A stretch of 63,782 nt of DNA, filler included, from Lenisia limosa (lineage: Eukaryota > Protista > Breviatea), in the NCBI GenBank assembly GCA_001655205.1. It is 10 parts of 10 records of this genome, joined end to end, with 100 filler letters (N's around TTAATTAATTAA, not from the genome) between each part and the next. Parts side by side here need not be neighbours in the genome. Positions count along the whole stretch, not along the records: positions 62,067 to 63,782 come from LPNZ01008086.1; 9 more parts are not named here. One strand, 5' to 3'. Shown here piece after piece: positions 62,481-63,782 of the stretch (position 1 is the stretch's first letter; each line of letters opens with the position of its first letter). The notes beneath the pieces are model-generated. The model had not been told where the DNA came from. It worked only from the letters and a program-made list of their open reading frames with translations, and did not search any database. The position numbers were made by a program, and so were the translations under genes.

Positions 62481-63622
62481 GAATTGGGAGGCCAACCGCA
62501 ACTGGAAGCCGCGCGGGGACCCGGGGGTTGGAGGAGTATTTACTGGATTATCATACTTTTAGCTTGGGGTAGAAGAGTATTTTTGGATTTTAAGGTGGGA
62601 TGTTGTTATTGTAATAAAACTAGGACTTCACTCGGTTCGAACAAGATCGGTAAACTATCAATAGTTTTCGAGGATTCATCGACCGAAGTGAAACCCTAAA
62701 TATATTTCATTTAACAATAATCTGGTGGGATGCCAAAAACAATAGCAAAATGCTGTGCTTAAATACTGTTTTAAAACACAAACACAGACACACATACAAA
62801 CTCACTATCCAGCTGCCTGACCACCCTGACATCCTGGGTTACTTTGGTGGGGGGGAAGTTTTAGTTATTCACCCAATCATTTGCCTTATCTCTGTGCACA
62901 CAGCTTTCTTGCCTACGCAGCATACGATAAAGGAAGAATCAGAATCTTTTGTTAAATACTCGCAATAATTAAAATATCTTAGATATGTTACTCGAAATAA
63001 TGGGCAACCTTCCGCCATTATTATATCACACTCATCACTATAGGCAACCTCGTGACTGTTGATGACATCGGCCTGGCTGAATCTCTGGGGTAAGGCAAAT
63101 TTGGAGGGGGTCAGGACTTCTCTTCTGTCCCAAGAAGACCAGTAAAAATGGATTGTTTTCGAGCATTCATCGGAAATTCAGTCTTTTGATGTAAATAATT
63201 TTTAAACCAATTGAGATTGAGAAATAGTGTACAAAGCTCAAACACTTTAGAGAATTCCACTCCAGGGCTCTCAATTCTTTTGTTGTAACCATAGTGAAGC
63301 CCAAGGGGGGGGGGGGGGNNNNNNNNNNNNNNNNNNNNNNNNNNNNNNNNNNNNNNNNNNNNNNNNNNNNNNNNNNNNNNNNNNNNNNNNNNNNNNNNNN
63401 NNNNNNNNNNNNNNNNNNNNNNNNNNNNNNNNNNNNNNNNNNNNNNNNNNNNNTTTAGGGCTTTCTTTGTTCGCTCAAATCAATATTATCCCCCCAGCTA
63501 TCTGCTGAGATCACGTCTCGATGCTGTCGTGGTCACATCGCAATACGGCGAGAACGAGGTGATAGACTTCTTCCGAACTAAGCGCCGCAACACTACCATC
63601 ATCAACCTCACCAATATTAAAG
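62481..63622 (+). CDS. SMC flexible-hinge domain protein fragment (SMCHD1/DMS3-like)
   Basis: Spliced exons give PDHPDILGYFGNLVTVDDIGLAESLGYLLRSRLDAVVVTSQYGENEVIDFFRTKRRNTTIINL, resembling hinge G..g.l..v.d.....l...l..vvv and SMCHD1 [34 protein letters not shown]. Confidence 0.6.
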
Positions 63623-63782
63623 TAAGTATATTGTATCAATATTAACGTAAGTAATATATTATGTTACATTTACCAATATGTAATTAGGCCCTAGCAATCT
63701 TACCAATATTAAAGTAATTATCTTACCATGGTAGAGTAAGTGTGTATATTATTAATCACGAGTATCAAATTTGGCTAAGCAT

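Noticed and set aside
369-63453. Internal N gaps as deletions or special loci
   Set aside because: Most abut long G/C homopolymers, consistent with sequencing or assembly dropout at the G/C-run intron ends.
1-63782. rRNA, tRNA or spliceosomal snRNA genes; intact transposase or reverse transcriptase
   Set aside because: No recognisable signatures found by eye; gaps could hide some.

Overview
This is eukaryotic, not prokaryotic, DNA. It is a concatenation of 10 draft-assembly pieces joined by nine artificial N~45-TTAATTAATTAA-N~45 six-frame-stop linkers, so adjacency across a linker means nothing. The genome is gene-dense and very intron-rich, with short GC-richer exons and AT-rich spliceosomal introns; most ORF-track entries are therefore not genes. 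By manual splicing and recalled family motifs (no database search) I recognise fragments of exportin-5, an axonemal dynein heavy chain (DNAH6-like), PRP16/DHX38, a receptor-type class III adenylyl/guanylyl cyclase head-to-head with a divergent G-alpha, a RING+ARM-like protein, an SMC-hinge protein, and a leishmanolysin (M8) homologue lacking all zinc ligands. The axonemal dynein suggests a flagellated protist; I cannot name the taxon. The main signal is in the introns: at least three introner-like sequence families shared by unrelated genes, a GT(G)n...(C)nAG intron architecture, a TIR element with a 9-bp target-site duplication that appears to form an intron exactly, about 25 copies of a ~95-bp TA-flanked MITE, and recurrent tandem duplications of splice sites. 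All exon structures are hand-derived.
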